DNA of 63,349 nt, the filler included, from Anaerolineae bacterium (GTDB lineage Bacteria; Chloroflexota; Anaerolineae; Epilineales; Epilineaceae), in NCBI GenBank assembly GCA_029262755.1. It is 5 parts of 5 records of this genome, joined end to end, with 100 filler letters (N's around TTAATTAATTAA, not from the genome) between each part and the next. Parts side by side here need not be neighbours in the genome. Positions count along the whole stretch, not along the records: positions 28,025 to 57,855 come from JAJCYU010000103.1; 4 more parts are not named here. One strand, written 5' to 3'. Each line of letters starts with the position of its first letter. Within the stretch, counting starts at the first letter, position 1. Made by a program: the position numbers and the translations under genes. The notes below the pieces were generated by a model. The model was not told the DNA's origin and searched no databases. It was given only the letters and a program-made list of their open reading frames with translations. Below are positions 41,577 to 49,232 of the stretch, in pieces.

Positions 41577-42186
41577 GAGTCGCCTCCTGCCGCTGCGCAT
41601 TCGCCATGGCGGCGGCCTTGCGCAGCGCGCGATGCTGCAACACCTTGCAGTTGCCTTCCGTCACGCCCATCCGGGCTGCGGTCTGGGCGATGGTCATGCC
41701 CTGCAAGAAGCGCAATTCCAACACCTGCCTGTAGCGCGGCGGTAATGGAGCGAGGAGCCCGATTACCGACTGGCGATCCGCGGCGCGTGCACCGTCTTCC
41801 TGCACGCGAACCGGGTCCGGAATGCGGTCTGACAGGCTCACGTTGAGCCGGTAGCTGGCCGCTCTTCTGTGGTTCCGCACGGCGTTGCGCGCAATCTGGT
41901 ACAGCCAGTTCTTGAAGCTGGCTTCGCCGCGGAATCGTGCAATGGAGCGCATCATGCGAGCGAAGGTCTCGGCCGTCAGATCCTCTGCGTCGGCTTCGTT
42001 GCGCACCTGCGCCATGATGAATCGGTAGATCGGGCCGACGTAGCGGCGGTACAGCGTGCTCATCGCCGACTCGTCGCCTTCTACAAGGCGCTCTACGAGC
42101 TCGCTATCGGAAAGCTCGGGACTCGCGCCACGTGGACCGGGCGTTGCCGGTTGACCCCCGTTCCGTCGCGATGTCCGCGCGTCCAT
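41563..42186 (-). CDS. ECF sigma factor 2
   Basis: LYRRYVGPIYRF, DAEDLTAETF, WLYQIARN, TEGNCKVLQHRALRKA. Confidence 0.92.
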   Translation of the reverse strand: MDARTSRRNGGQPATPGPRGASPELSDSELVERLVEGDESAMSTLYRRYVGPIYRFIMAQVRNEADAEDLTAETFARMMRSIARFRGEASFKNWLYQIARNAVRNHRRAASYRLNVSLSDRIPDPVRVQEDGARAADRQSVIGLLAPLPPRYRQVLELRFLQGMTIAQTAARMGVTEGNCKVLQHRALRKAAAMANAQRQEATRVLR

Positions 42187-42426
42187 GTCGATCGTCCGCT
42201 CTCCAATCCGCAGTACTCTGTTCGAACCACCATACACCGGCACTCGTGTGTCCAAAGCCTCTGCGGGTAGGGACACGTCGAGGTTACAGATGAGCCTAGG
42301 CACGCTCACACCCTGTGCGGATGCCTTGGAGCACGGGCACGACCGTGACGACTTCCGCGCGACCACTATACTCTGGCTACGAACGTGCGCCATGTTCCGC
42401 CCCAGATTTACGCCGACGAGAGGCCC

Positions 42427-43116
42427 ATGACCGTCGATTCGTGGATAGCGGATGCGCAGGCCGGCGACGCAGAGGCGTTCAATCGTCTCGTCGTGCGGTT
42501 TGAGCGCCTGGCCTACCACGTAGCCTGGCAGCAAGTACGAAACGACGACCTGGCATTGGATGCGTGCCAAGAAGGGATGCTGTCGGCGTGGCGCGCCATC
42601 AAGCGCTTCGACGGAAACGGCCGCGCCTTCCGGTCGTGGCTGATGCGCATCGTCATGAACGCCGCACGCGACCGGCTCCGCTATGAGATGCGACGTCCGA
42701 GCCTTTCTATCGAAGTCGAGCGGGACGGCAAGACCTACCATCGCCCGCTGCCCGCCCCCGGACAGACAGCGCAGGAGTATGCGGAGAACGAAGACCTTGC
42801 CGCGTTGCTCGACGGCGCCGTCGAGCAGCTTGCGGACGAGCACCGCGACGTGATTCGTTTAGATCAAGCGGGATTCCGGTATGCGGAGATCGCATCGATG
42901 CTCGGCATCGAGGTCGGTACCGTCAAGTCGCGCATGTCCCGGGCTCGAGCGCATCTACGGATCCTGCTGTTTCCCCCCGATGACGTACCGGATGCCGCGC
43001 ATCCCGAAAGCGAGGCGGAACACGAAACGCCCGACGCGGAGCCGGACAACGAGCAGCAGACCGAGCAACACACCGAGCCGACGGAACCATCCGTCGGCAG
43101 ACGGCGTTCAGGATGA
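42427..43116 (+). CDS. ECF sigma factor 3 (divergent)
   Basis: GDAEAFNRLV, DACQEG, FRSWLMRIVMN, YAEIA...GTVKSRMSRAR; acidic C-terminal extension. Confidence 0.92.
   Translation: MTVDSWIADAQAGDAEAFNRLVVRFERLAYHVAWQQVRNDDLALDACQEGMLSAWRAIKRFDGNGRAFRSWLMRIVMNAARDRLRYEMRRPSLSIEVERDGKTYHRPLPAPGQTAQEYAENEDLAALLDGAVEQLADEHRDVIRLDQAGFRYAEIASMLGIEVGTVKSRMSRARAHLRILLFPPDDVPDAAHPESEAEHETPDAEPDNEQQTEQHTEPTEPSVGRRRSG
43083..43108 (+). promoter_or_regulatory. ECF-type promoter inside the 3' end of sigma 3, upstream of its anti-sigma gene
   Basis: GGAACC-16 nt-CGTT, ending 12 nt before ATG 43121. Confidence 0.55.
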
Positions 43117-43120
43117 TCTC

Positions 43121-44251
43121 ATGAACGATCACCCAATGCAGGACCACATTCCCGTCGCGGACCTATCTGCATTCGTCGACGGCGAGCTCCCCGATGACGT
43201 GGCCAGCCGCGTCGCCGCGCATCTGGCTACATGCGCGGACTGCGCCACGGAGCGGGACGCGATCGAACGGACCGTGTCCTTCGTCCGCGCGGTTCCGCTA
43301 CGGCCTATGCCGCGTGGCGCTTCGCTGCGAATCCCGGTCGATACGCCGAGCATGGAGCCGGCGCAGCACGGTGCCGGCACATCAACGCTCCATGTTCGCG
43401 ACCTTGGATCTTGGCTGAGCGGCTTGTTCCGTGCTCCCTGGCCCACGCTGCCTACGGCGGCCCTTGCAACGCTGATTTTGGCCGTCGGATTCGGGGCCGG
43501 TGTCGGTATCTCTCGCTTCCCCTTCTCTCAAGGCGCCGCCGACAGCACGTCGGCTCCCATGGCACACCTCAGTTCCCAGAATGCTTCGGCACCGGATTCC
43601 CGGGGAGCATCCTCGTCGGCCATCGAACCGGGACAGGGCACAGACGACCGAAACGAGGGCGCGGCGCGGGCCGGCGCCCCGGCACCGGCTGCCGACGCGC
43701 TGGCGATGGGCAATGTGGATGCCTCCGATGCCCGCGTCGTTGACGCGGATGCAGCGGATCAGGAATCCGATGCGGATGACGGCGCAGAGGCCGATGAGGA
43801 GGCGTCGTATGGAATCGGCGACGTGGCGAGCGACGCCGATGCATCGGACGATGATGATTCCGTCTCGGAAAGGGATGGGGCCGACGAGATGGCGTTGCGT
43901 GAAGAGATTGAAGAAGGGGAAACATCGGAGGTCTTGGACTCGGTTTCCGGTTCCGAGGTCGCGGGCAGGACAAGTGCCCAACAGGACGCGGTGGCCGAAT
44001 CCGACGATGTCCGCCCCGGCGAGCAAGCAGTGCCGGACGTGGTTGCGCAAAGCGACGCACCCGCGGACGCGGCGCCGGCAGGCGAAACAACCGGCGATCG
44101 CGAACAGGAATCGATGTCGGCGCCGGCAGCGCCGAACGGCGGAAGGGACACGCGCAGCACGCCGTCCCCGTGGACGCTGACGGCGCTCGCGTTGTTCACG
44201 CTTGCCGCCCTTGCCGCCTTCGATTGGTGGCGGCGTACGCGCGGGAGCTAG
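43121..44251 (+). CDS. Zinc-finger (ZAS, HxxxCxxC) anti-sigma factor
   Basis: LSAFVDGEL...HLATCADC, TM helix, acidic extracellular region, second C-terminal TM. Confidence 0.88.
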   Translation: MNDHPMQDHIPVADLSAFVDGELPDDVASRVAAHLATCADCATERDAIERTVSFVRAVPLRPMPRGASLRIPVDTPSMEPAQHGAGTSTLHVRDLGSWLSGLFRAPWPTLPTAALATLILAVGFGAGVGISRFPFSQGAADSTSAPMAHLSSQNASAPDSRGASSSAIEPGQGTDDRNEGAARAGAPAPAADALAMGNVDASDARVVDADAADQESDADDGAEADEEASYGIGDVASDADASDDDDSVSERDGADEMALREEIEEGETSEVLDSVSGSEVAGRTSAQQDAVAESDDVRPGEQAVPDVVAQSDAPADAAPAGETTGDREQESMSAPAAPNGGRDTRSTPSPWTLTALALFTLAALAAFDWWRRTRGS

Positions 44252-44279
44252 ACGGGCACACCCGTTCCCCTGCGCGCCG

Positions 44280-44308
44280 TTGACCCCTCGCGGCGCCCCC
44301 CCTATCCT
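44280..44308 (+). promoter_or_regulatory. sigma70-type promoter of polA, leaderless geometry
   Basis: TTGACC-17 nt-TATCCT-6 nt-ATG(44315); no SD sequence. Confidence 0.7.
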
Positions 44309-44314
44309 CCCGCC

Positions 44315-47287
44315 ATGCCCCCCTCCGCCCCGCCGGCCAGCGCGGATTCCACGACCCCCATCGACCAGGCGCATTTCGTCGTGATCGACGGGCACGCCTT
44401 GGCGTATCGCGCCTTCAACGCACTGCCCGCGGACATGACGGCGCCGAACGGCGAGCCCGTCAACGCGGTTTACGGCTTTGCGTTGATGCTGCTCGACGTC
44501 CTCGACAAGCAGGCGCCGACCCATCTCGCCGTCGCATTCGACGCGGGCCGTTCGGGGCGCGACGAGCTGTACCCGGCCTACAAGGCGCAGCGCCCCGCCA
44601 TGGACGAAGGGCTGCGGGTTCAGATGGATCGTATCCAGGACCTCGTCGCGGCCTTCGGGATCCCCGTCATTCGGGAGGAGGGCTGGGAGGCCGACGATCT
44701 GATTGCCGCCCTGGCCGATCAAGCAGCCGAGCAGGGCTGGCGCACCCTCATCGTCAGCGGCGATAAAGACTTGTTGCAGTTGGTAGACGAACAAACCTTT
44801 GTGCTGACGAGCGGCCATCGGTTCTCCGACACGCGCTTGTGGGACACGGATGCGGTGCGCGCACGCTTCGGGATTGAGCCGGAGCAACTCGCGAGTTGGA
44901 AGGGTCTGGTCGGGGATCCCTCCGACAACATTCCGGGCGTTCCGGGCATCGGAGCCAAGGGTGCAACGGGCATCATCGCAGCGTGGGGCGACGTCCAAAC
45001 CGCGATCGCTCACCTCGAGGAGATCACCCCAACCCGGGCTCGCAACAGCCTTGGCCAGCATACCGAACAGGCTTTGCTCTGCGAACGCCTGGCGACGATT
45101 CGCCATGATGCACCCGCCCAGCTTGAACCCGAGGCCGTTGTATTTGCAGACTGGGACCGTGCGCCCGTGGTTGCGTTCCTTCGCGATCTCGGATTTCGTT
45201 CGCTGCTCGACCGATTGCCGAGCTCGGAAGACGAGCCTGCCCCCGCTACGGCCCCCGAGGGCGAGTACCAGATCGTCGACACGCCCGAGGCCTTGACCGC
45301 GCTCGTCGCACGCCTCGTTGACGCCCCGCGCCTGGCGTTTGACACCGAAACCACGGGCGTCGATCCCATGCGCGCCGAGTTGGTCGGTCTCGCGTTGTCC
45401 GATGCGACCGGACGCGGTTGGTACATCCCGGTCGGACATGTTGGTCCGCCTCAGCCCGACGCCCACGCCGCTCCACCTATGACGCAAGGCGCGTTCGACT
45501 TTGACGAGCCCGTGGAACCGACACCGACGGACGCATCGACGGACGCTAAGGAAAGAAGCGAAACGCAGCAGGCGTCTGCCTCCGACATGGAGGTCGGCGC
45601 CGAGGAAACGGACCTGATGCCGGCACCAGGCCCCGAACGCAATCTGGCGTGGTCGGATGTGCGCGCCGCCGTCCGGCCGCTGCTCACGGGACCGGCCTTG
45701 AAGGTCGCGCACCACATGAAGTACGACATCGTGGTCCTGCGACGTCACGGTTTGGAAGTCGTCGGCCCCGTGTTCGACACGATGATTGCCGCCTGGCTGT
45801 CCGAGCCGGGCCGGCGTGGTTTCGGGCTCAAAGACCTGGCCTTCACGATGCTCGGCATCGAGATGACCCCGATCTCCGCATTGATCGGCAAGGGCAAGAA
45901 GCAGGTCACGATGGCCGCGGTGCGCGTGGCCGACGCCGCGCCCTATGCCTGCGCCGACGTGGATATCACGCTGCGGCTGGCGGACCTGCTCGAGCCGGCA
46001 CTCCTTGAGCGCGACGCTCGGGATCTCTTTGACGATGTGGAGATGCCCGTCGCCTGGACTCTCGGTGACATGGGGGAAGCCGGCATCAAGCTCGACACAC
46101 ACGTGCTGGACGAGATCCGCGTGGACCTGACCGACCGCATGGCAACCCTCGCGGAACGGATTCACGAAGCGGCTGGTCGCGTATTCAACATTGCGTCGCC
46201 GCTCCAGCTCGGTCAGGTGCTCTTCGAGGACCTCGGCCTGCCACCCACGAGACGAACGAAGACCGGCTGGTCGACCGCGGCCAATGTCTTGGCCGACCTG
46301 GCCGCGGAGCACCCAATCGTCCAAGACGTGCTCCTTTGGCGGCAAGCGCAAAAGTTGCTCGGAACGTATGTCGACGCGCTACCCGTGCTCGTGCATCCCG
46401 AGACAGGACGCATTCACACCAGTTGGCATCAGGTGACGGTCGTGACCGGCCGCGTGAGCTCCTCCGATCCGAATTTGCAGAACATCCCGGTGCGCACCGC
46501 GCTCGGGGGAGCGATTCGTCGCGCGTTCATCGCGCCGCCCGGCAGCCGGCTCGTTGCGGCCGACTACTCGCAGATGGAACTGCGTATCCTCGCTTCCCTT
46601 TCGGGTGATGAGGCTCTTCGCGCGGTCTTCGCCTCCGGTGGCGATGTGCACGCCGCGACCGCAGCGACTCTGTTCGACAAGGACCCATCCGAGGTCGACA
46701 GCGCGGAGCGGCGCATCGCAAAGATGGTGAACTTCGGCACGGTGTACGGCATCAGCTCGTTCGGGCTGTCGGCGCGAATCGACATGTCGCGCGAGGAAGC
46801 ACAATCGTTCATCGATCGCTACTTCGAATCCTATCCCGGTGTCCGCGAATACTTTGATCAGCTTCTGGCCGGTGTCGCGGAGGCGGGTTATGTCGAGACG
46901 ATCCTCGGCCGGCGACGCTACTTCCCGGAATTGCGCAGCGACGCCACGACGCGTATCGACGTCAACACGCGGCGAAGGGCGGAGCGCGAAGCGATCAACG
47001 CTCCGTTGCAAGGCTCCGCGGCCGATATCACAAAGGTTGCCATGGTCGCGGTCCATCGCGCGTTGGCCGACGAAGGGCTCCGGGCCAAGCTGCTGCTACA
47101 AGTGCATGACGAGCTGCTGCTCGAAGCCCCCGTAGACGAAGTGGCGCGGGTCGTGGAGATCGCGGAGAGCCTGATGCGCACGGGCGTAGTCCTGGACGGC
47201 GTCGACCTCGCGGTTGACGTGTCGAGCGGTCCGAATTGGGGAGAGCTATCCCGCATCGAGATTCCCCCGAGTGCAGATCGACCGTGA
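44315..47287 (+). CDS. polA: DNA polymerase I
   Basis: 5' nuclease (IDGHALAYRAF, EADD, SGDKD, GDPSDNIPGV); exo FDTETT; ADYSQMELR, KMVNFGTVYG, QVHDEL. Confidence 0.97.
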   Translation: MPPSAPPASADSTTPIDQAHFVVIDGHALAYRAFNALPADMTAPNGEPVNAVYGFALMLLDVLDKQAPTHLAVAFDAGRSGRDELYPAYKAQRPAMDEGLRVQMDRIQDLVAAFGIPVIREEGWEADDLIAALADQAAEQGWRTLIVSGDKDLLQLVDEQTFVLTSGHRFSDTRLWDTDAVRARFGIEPEQLASWKGLVGDPSDNIPGVPGIGAKGATGIIAAWGDVQTAIAHLEEITPTRARNSLGQHTEQALLCERLATIRHDAPAQLEPEAVVFADWDRAPVVAFLRDLGFRSLLDRLPSSEDEPAPATAPEGEYQIVDTPEALTALVARLVDAPRLAFDTETTGVDPMRAELVGLALSDATGRGWYIPVGHVGPPQPDAHAAPPMTQGAFDFDEPVEPTPTDASTDAKERSETQQASASDMEVGAEETDLMPAPGPERNLAWSDVRAAVRPLLTGPALKVAHHMKYDIVVLRRHGLEVVGPVFDTMIAAWLSEPGRRGFGLKDLAFTMLGIEMTPISALIGKGKKQVTMAAVRVADAAPYACADVDITLRLADLLEPALLERDARDLFDDVEMPVAWTLGDMGEAGIKLDTHVLDEIRVDLTDRMATLAERIHEAAGRVFNIASPLQLGQVLFEDLGLPPTRRTKTGWSTAANVLADLAAEHPIVQDVLLWRQAQKLLGTYVDALPVLVHPETGRIHTSWHQVTVVTGRVSSSDPNLQNIPVRTALGGAIRRAFIAPPGSRLVAADYSQMELRILASLSGDEALRAVFASGGDVHAATAATLFDKDPSEVDSAERRIAKMVNFGTVYGISSFGLSARIDMSREEAQSFIDRYFESYPGVREYFDQLLAGVAEAGYVETILGRRRYFPELRSDATTRIDVNTRRRAEREAINAPLQGSAADITKVAMVAVHRALADEGLRAKLLLQVHDELLLEAPVDEVARVVEIAESLMRTGVVLDGVDLAVDVSSGPNWGELSRIEIPPSADRP

Positions 47288-47348
47288 GCTTCCATGCACC
47301 GCATGCGGCGGACAACCGCGACGTCCCACACGCGACCGCCGTTGCTCC

Positions 47349-47570
47349 CTACGTGGGCGGGTATACCTGCCCATCCCCCGTCCGAAGATGGATGGCTAGC
47401 GTTGGGCACGCCTCTGCCGCCTCGCGCAGTACGTTCGCGTCGTCAACGCCCCGCAAGATGGCGCGAACCGTGAGCCCGTCCTCGAAGTGGACGAGCTCGA
47501 AGGCACGCGGCGCTCGCGCAACGCACTCGCCCGATCCAACACAGAGGTTCCAGTCGATGCTGACCACCAT
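47349..47570 (-). CDS. Single-cluster ferredoxin ([3Fe-4S]-type motif)
   Basis: CVGSGEC...ACPTLAI (CxxSxxC...CP); GGAG RBS. Confidence 0.85.
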   Translation of the reverse strand: MVVSIDWNLCVGSGECVARAPRAFELVHFEDGLTVRAILRGVDDANVLREAAEACPTLAIHLRTGDGQVYPPT

Positions 47571-47651
47571 GCTCCGCCCCCTTCATCAAGCGTGGAATAG
47601 AATGCCAAACAGCACCTTCAATGCGGCCTCGAGCCCGCCGATGTGCACGCG

Positions 47652-48545
47652 ATGAGCGCGCGACTCCTCGACGGCCGAGCCCTCGCCCGCGAGATTCGAT
47701 CGGAAGTCACCAACCGCGCCGCCCAATTCAAACAACGAGCCGGCCGCAGGCCTGTCCTTGTGTCCCTGCTGGTCGGAGACGACGAGGCCAGCCTCTCGTA
47801 TGCCCGATCGAAAGCCAGGCAAGCCGAAAAGGTCGGTATCGATTTTCGGCTCGAGCGGCTGGCAGCCGGAGTGGACACCGACGCCGTCGTTGCCGCCATC
47901 GGTGGGCTGTGCGTCGCGCGCGCCGTCGATGCTCTGATCGTCGAAATGCCGTTGCCGCCCGGTATCGAAGTGGCGGCCGTTTTGGACGCCATCGACCCGC
48001 GGCGTGACGCGGATGGCGTTTCGCCGGACAGCCTCGGCCGCTTGGCGGCGCAGTTGCCGGGACCACGTCCGGCCACACCCGTGGCCGTGATGGCCATGCT
48101 CCAGGCCGCCGGTACGTCGCTCTCCGGCGTGAACGCGGTCGTGGTCGGGCGCTCGAAGACCGTGGGTCTGCCGGCTGCGCTGCTGCTGCTCGGGCAACAC
48201 GCCAGCGTTACGGTCGTCCACTCGCGCACCGCGGATCCAGCCGCACACACGCGCCGCGCCGAGGTCCTGGTTGTCGCGGCAGGCAGGCCGGGGCTCATCA
48301 CGCCGGAGGCAGTCCGACCCGGTGCGACCGTGATCGACGTGGGCACGAACTGGGTGGCCGACGACGCACAGACGTCGGGCGGTAGGCTCGTGGGCGATGT
48401 CGACCCTGCGGTGGCCGAGGTAGCGGGCGCGATGTCGCCCGTACCCGGCGGCGTCGGCCCCGTGACGACTGCGGTGTTGCTACGCACCGCCGTGGCACTT
48501 GCGGAAGCGCGCTTTGGACGCGATTCGGCGCACGGGGCGGGCTGA
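47652..48545 (+). CDS. folD: Methylenetetrahydrofolate dehydrogenase/cyclohydrolase family protein
   Basis: LDG...A, YARSK, MPLP, RDADG, PATP, GRSKTVG, VIDVG, PVPGGVGPVT. Confidence 0.92.
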   Translation: MSARLLDGRALAREIRSEVTNRAAQFKQRAGRRPVLVSLLVGDDEASLSYARSKARQAEKVGIDFRLERLAAGVDTDAVVAAIGGLCVARAVDALIVEMPLPPGIEVAAVLDAIDPRRDADGVSPDSLGRLAAQLPGPRPATPVAVMAMLQAAGTSLSGVNAVVVGRSKTVGLPAALLLLGQHASVTVVHSRTADPAAHTRRAEVLVVAAGRPGLITPEAVRPGATVIDVGTNWVADDAQTSGGRLVGDVDPAVAEVAGAMSPVPGGVGPVTTAVLLRTAVALAEARFGRDSAHGAG

Positions 48546-48596
48546 AGAGGCGCGTCACCGGATTGGAAGGCGAAGGGCTTCAAGATGCTGCGTGCG

Positions 48597-48944
48597 TCAC
48601 GCCATGCGAGCCACGAGCGGTGCTTCGCGCCAAAGGCCTTCCAAATCGTAATAGGACCTTCGCTCGGGATCGAATACATGCACGATGACACCGGCGTAGT
48701 CGAGGAGCATCCAGCCGGATGCAGGATCGCCTTCGCGAATCGCGGGTTTGCTCTCGCCATCCTCGCGTAGCGCGTCCTCGACGGCGTCGGCCACCGCACG
48801 CATTTGGCGCGCGGAACCCGCCGTCCCGATCACGAAGAAATCGGTCACGACAGAAACGGGGCGAATGTCCAGCAATACTAAGTTGTCCGCCTGACGGTCG
48901 GACATGGCATCAAAGGCAAGGCGGGCGAGTGCGCTCGCGTCCAG
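48597..48944 (-). CDS. rsfS: Ribosome silencing factor RsfS (Iojap), probable CTG start
   Basis: DFFVIGTA.S.RQ, REG...SGWMLLDY..VIVHVF...R.YYDLEGLW. GAGGAG RBS 6 nt before CTG 48944 restores the N-terminal helix. Confidence 0.9.
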   Translation of the reverse strand: MDASALARLAFDAMSDRQADNLVLLDIRPVSVVTDFFVIGTAGSARQMRAVADAVEDALREDGESKPAIREGDPASGWMLLDYAGVIVHVFDPERRSYYDLEGLWREAPLVARMA

Positions 48945-49036
48945 GGTGGGCTCCTCGGGGCGTGTCGGGAAGGGCCGCAGGCAAAGCCGTCGGCGCGCCC
49001 AAAACCATCCGATTCGTAAATCAAGGGGGGCGGGGG

Positions 49037-49065
49037 ATTATAAGGAGCGGAATCCGCGGAAACAA
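49037..49065 (-). promoter_or_regulatory. sigma70-type promoter of rsfS
   Basis: TTGTTT-17 nt-TATAAT. Confidence 0.7.
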
Positions 49066-49232
49066 GCCTTTGTCGAGCCAGGCCGCGTCAGCTACCCTGG
49101 CAGCCGCTCCAGGACTTATACCTGTAGCACCGGCCGTGACGTTTATGGCACCGTACATCCCCCCTTCCCGATACGCCGGCACGCGGCCGCCGACGTTCGG
49201 AGACGTACTGAAACGAGTGAGGACAGGAACAT

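Noticed and set aside
37880..42290. TGTCAC...CGTAT and TGTAAC motifs upstream of ECF sigmas 1 and 2 as autoregulatory promoters
   Set aside because: Spacing and -10 elements are inconsistent between the two; too weak without TSS data.
43382..46351. 989-aa minus-strand ORF and similar long overlapping ORFs (25290-27083, 6521-8053, 18196-19785)
   Set aside because: Stop-poor shadow frames of real genes in high-GC DNA; no recognisable motifs.
48960..49232. Possible riboswitch or ribozyme between rsfS and the subtilase (GCAAAGCC, CTGAAAC)
   Set aside because: Could not build the c-di-GMP-I or hammerhead core pairings; an Infernal/Rfam scan would decide.
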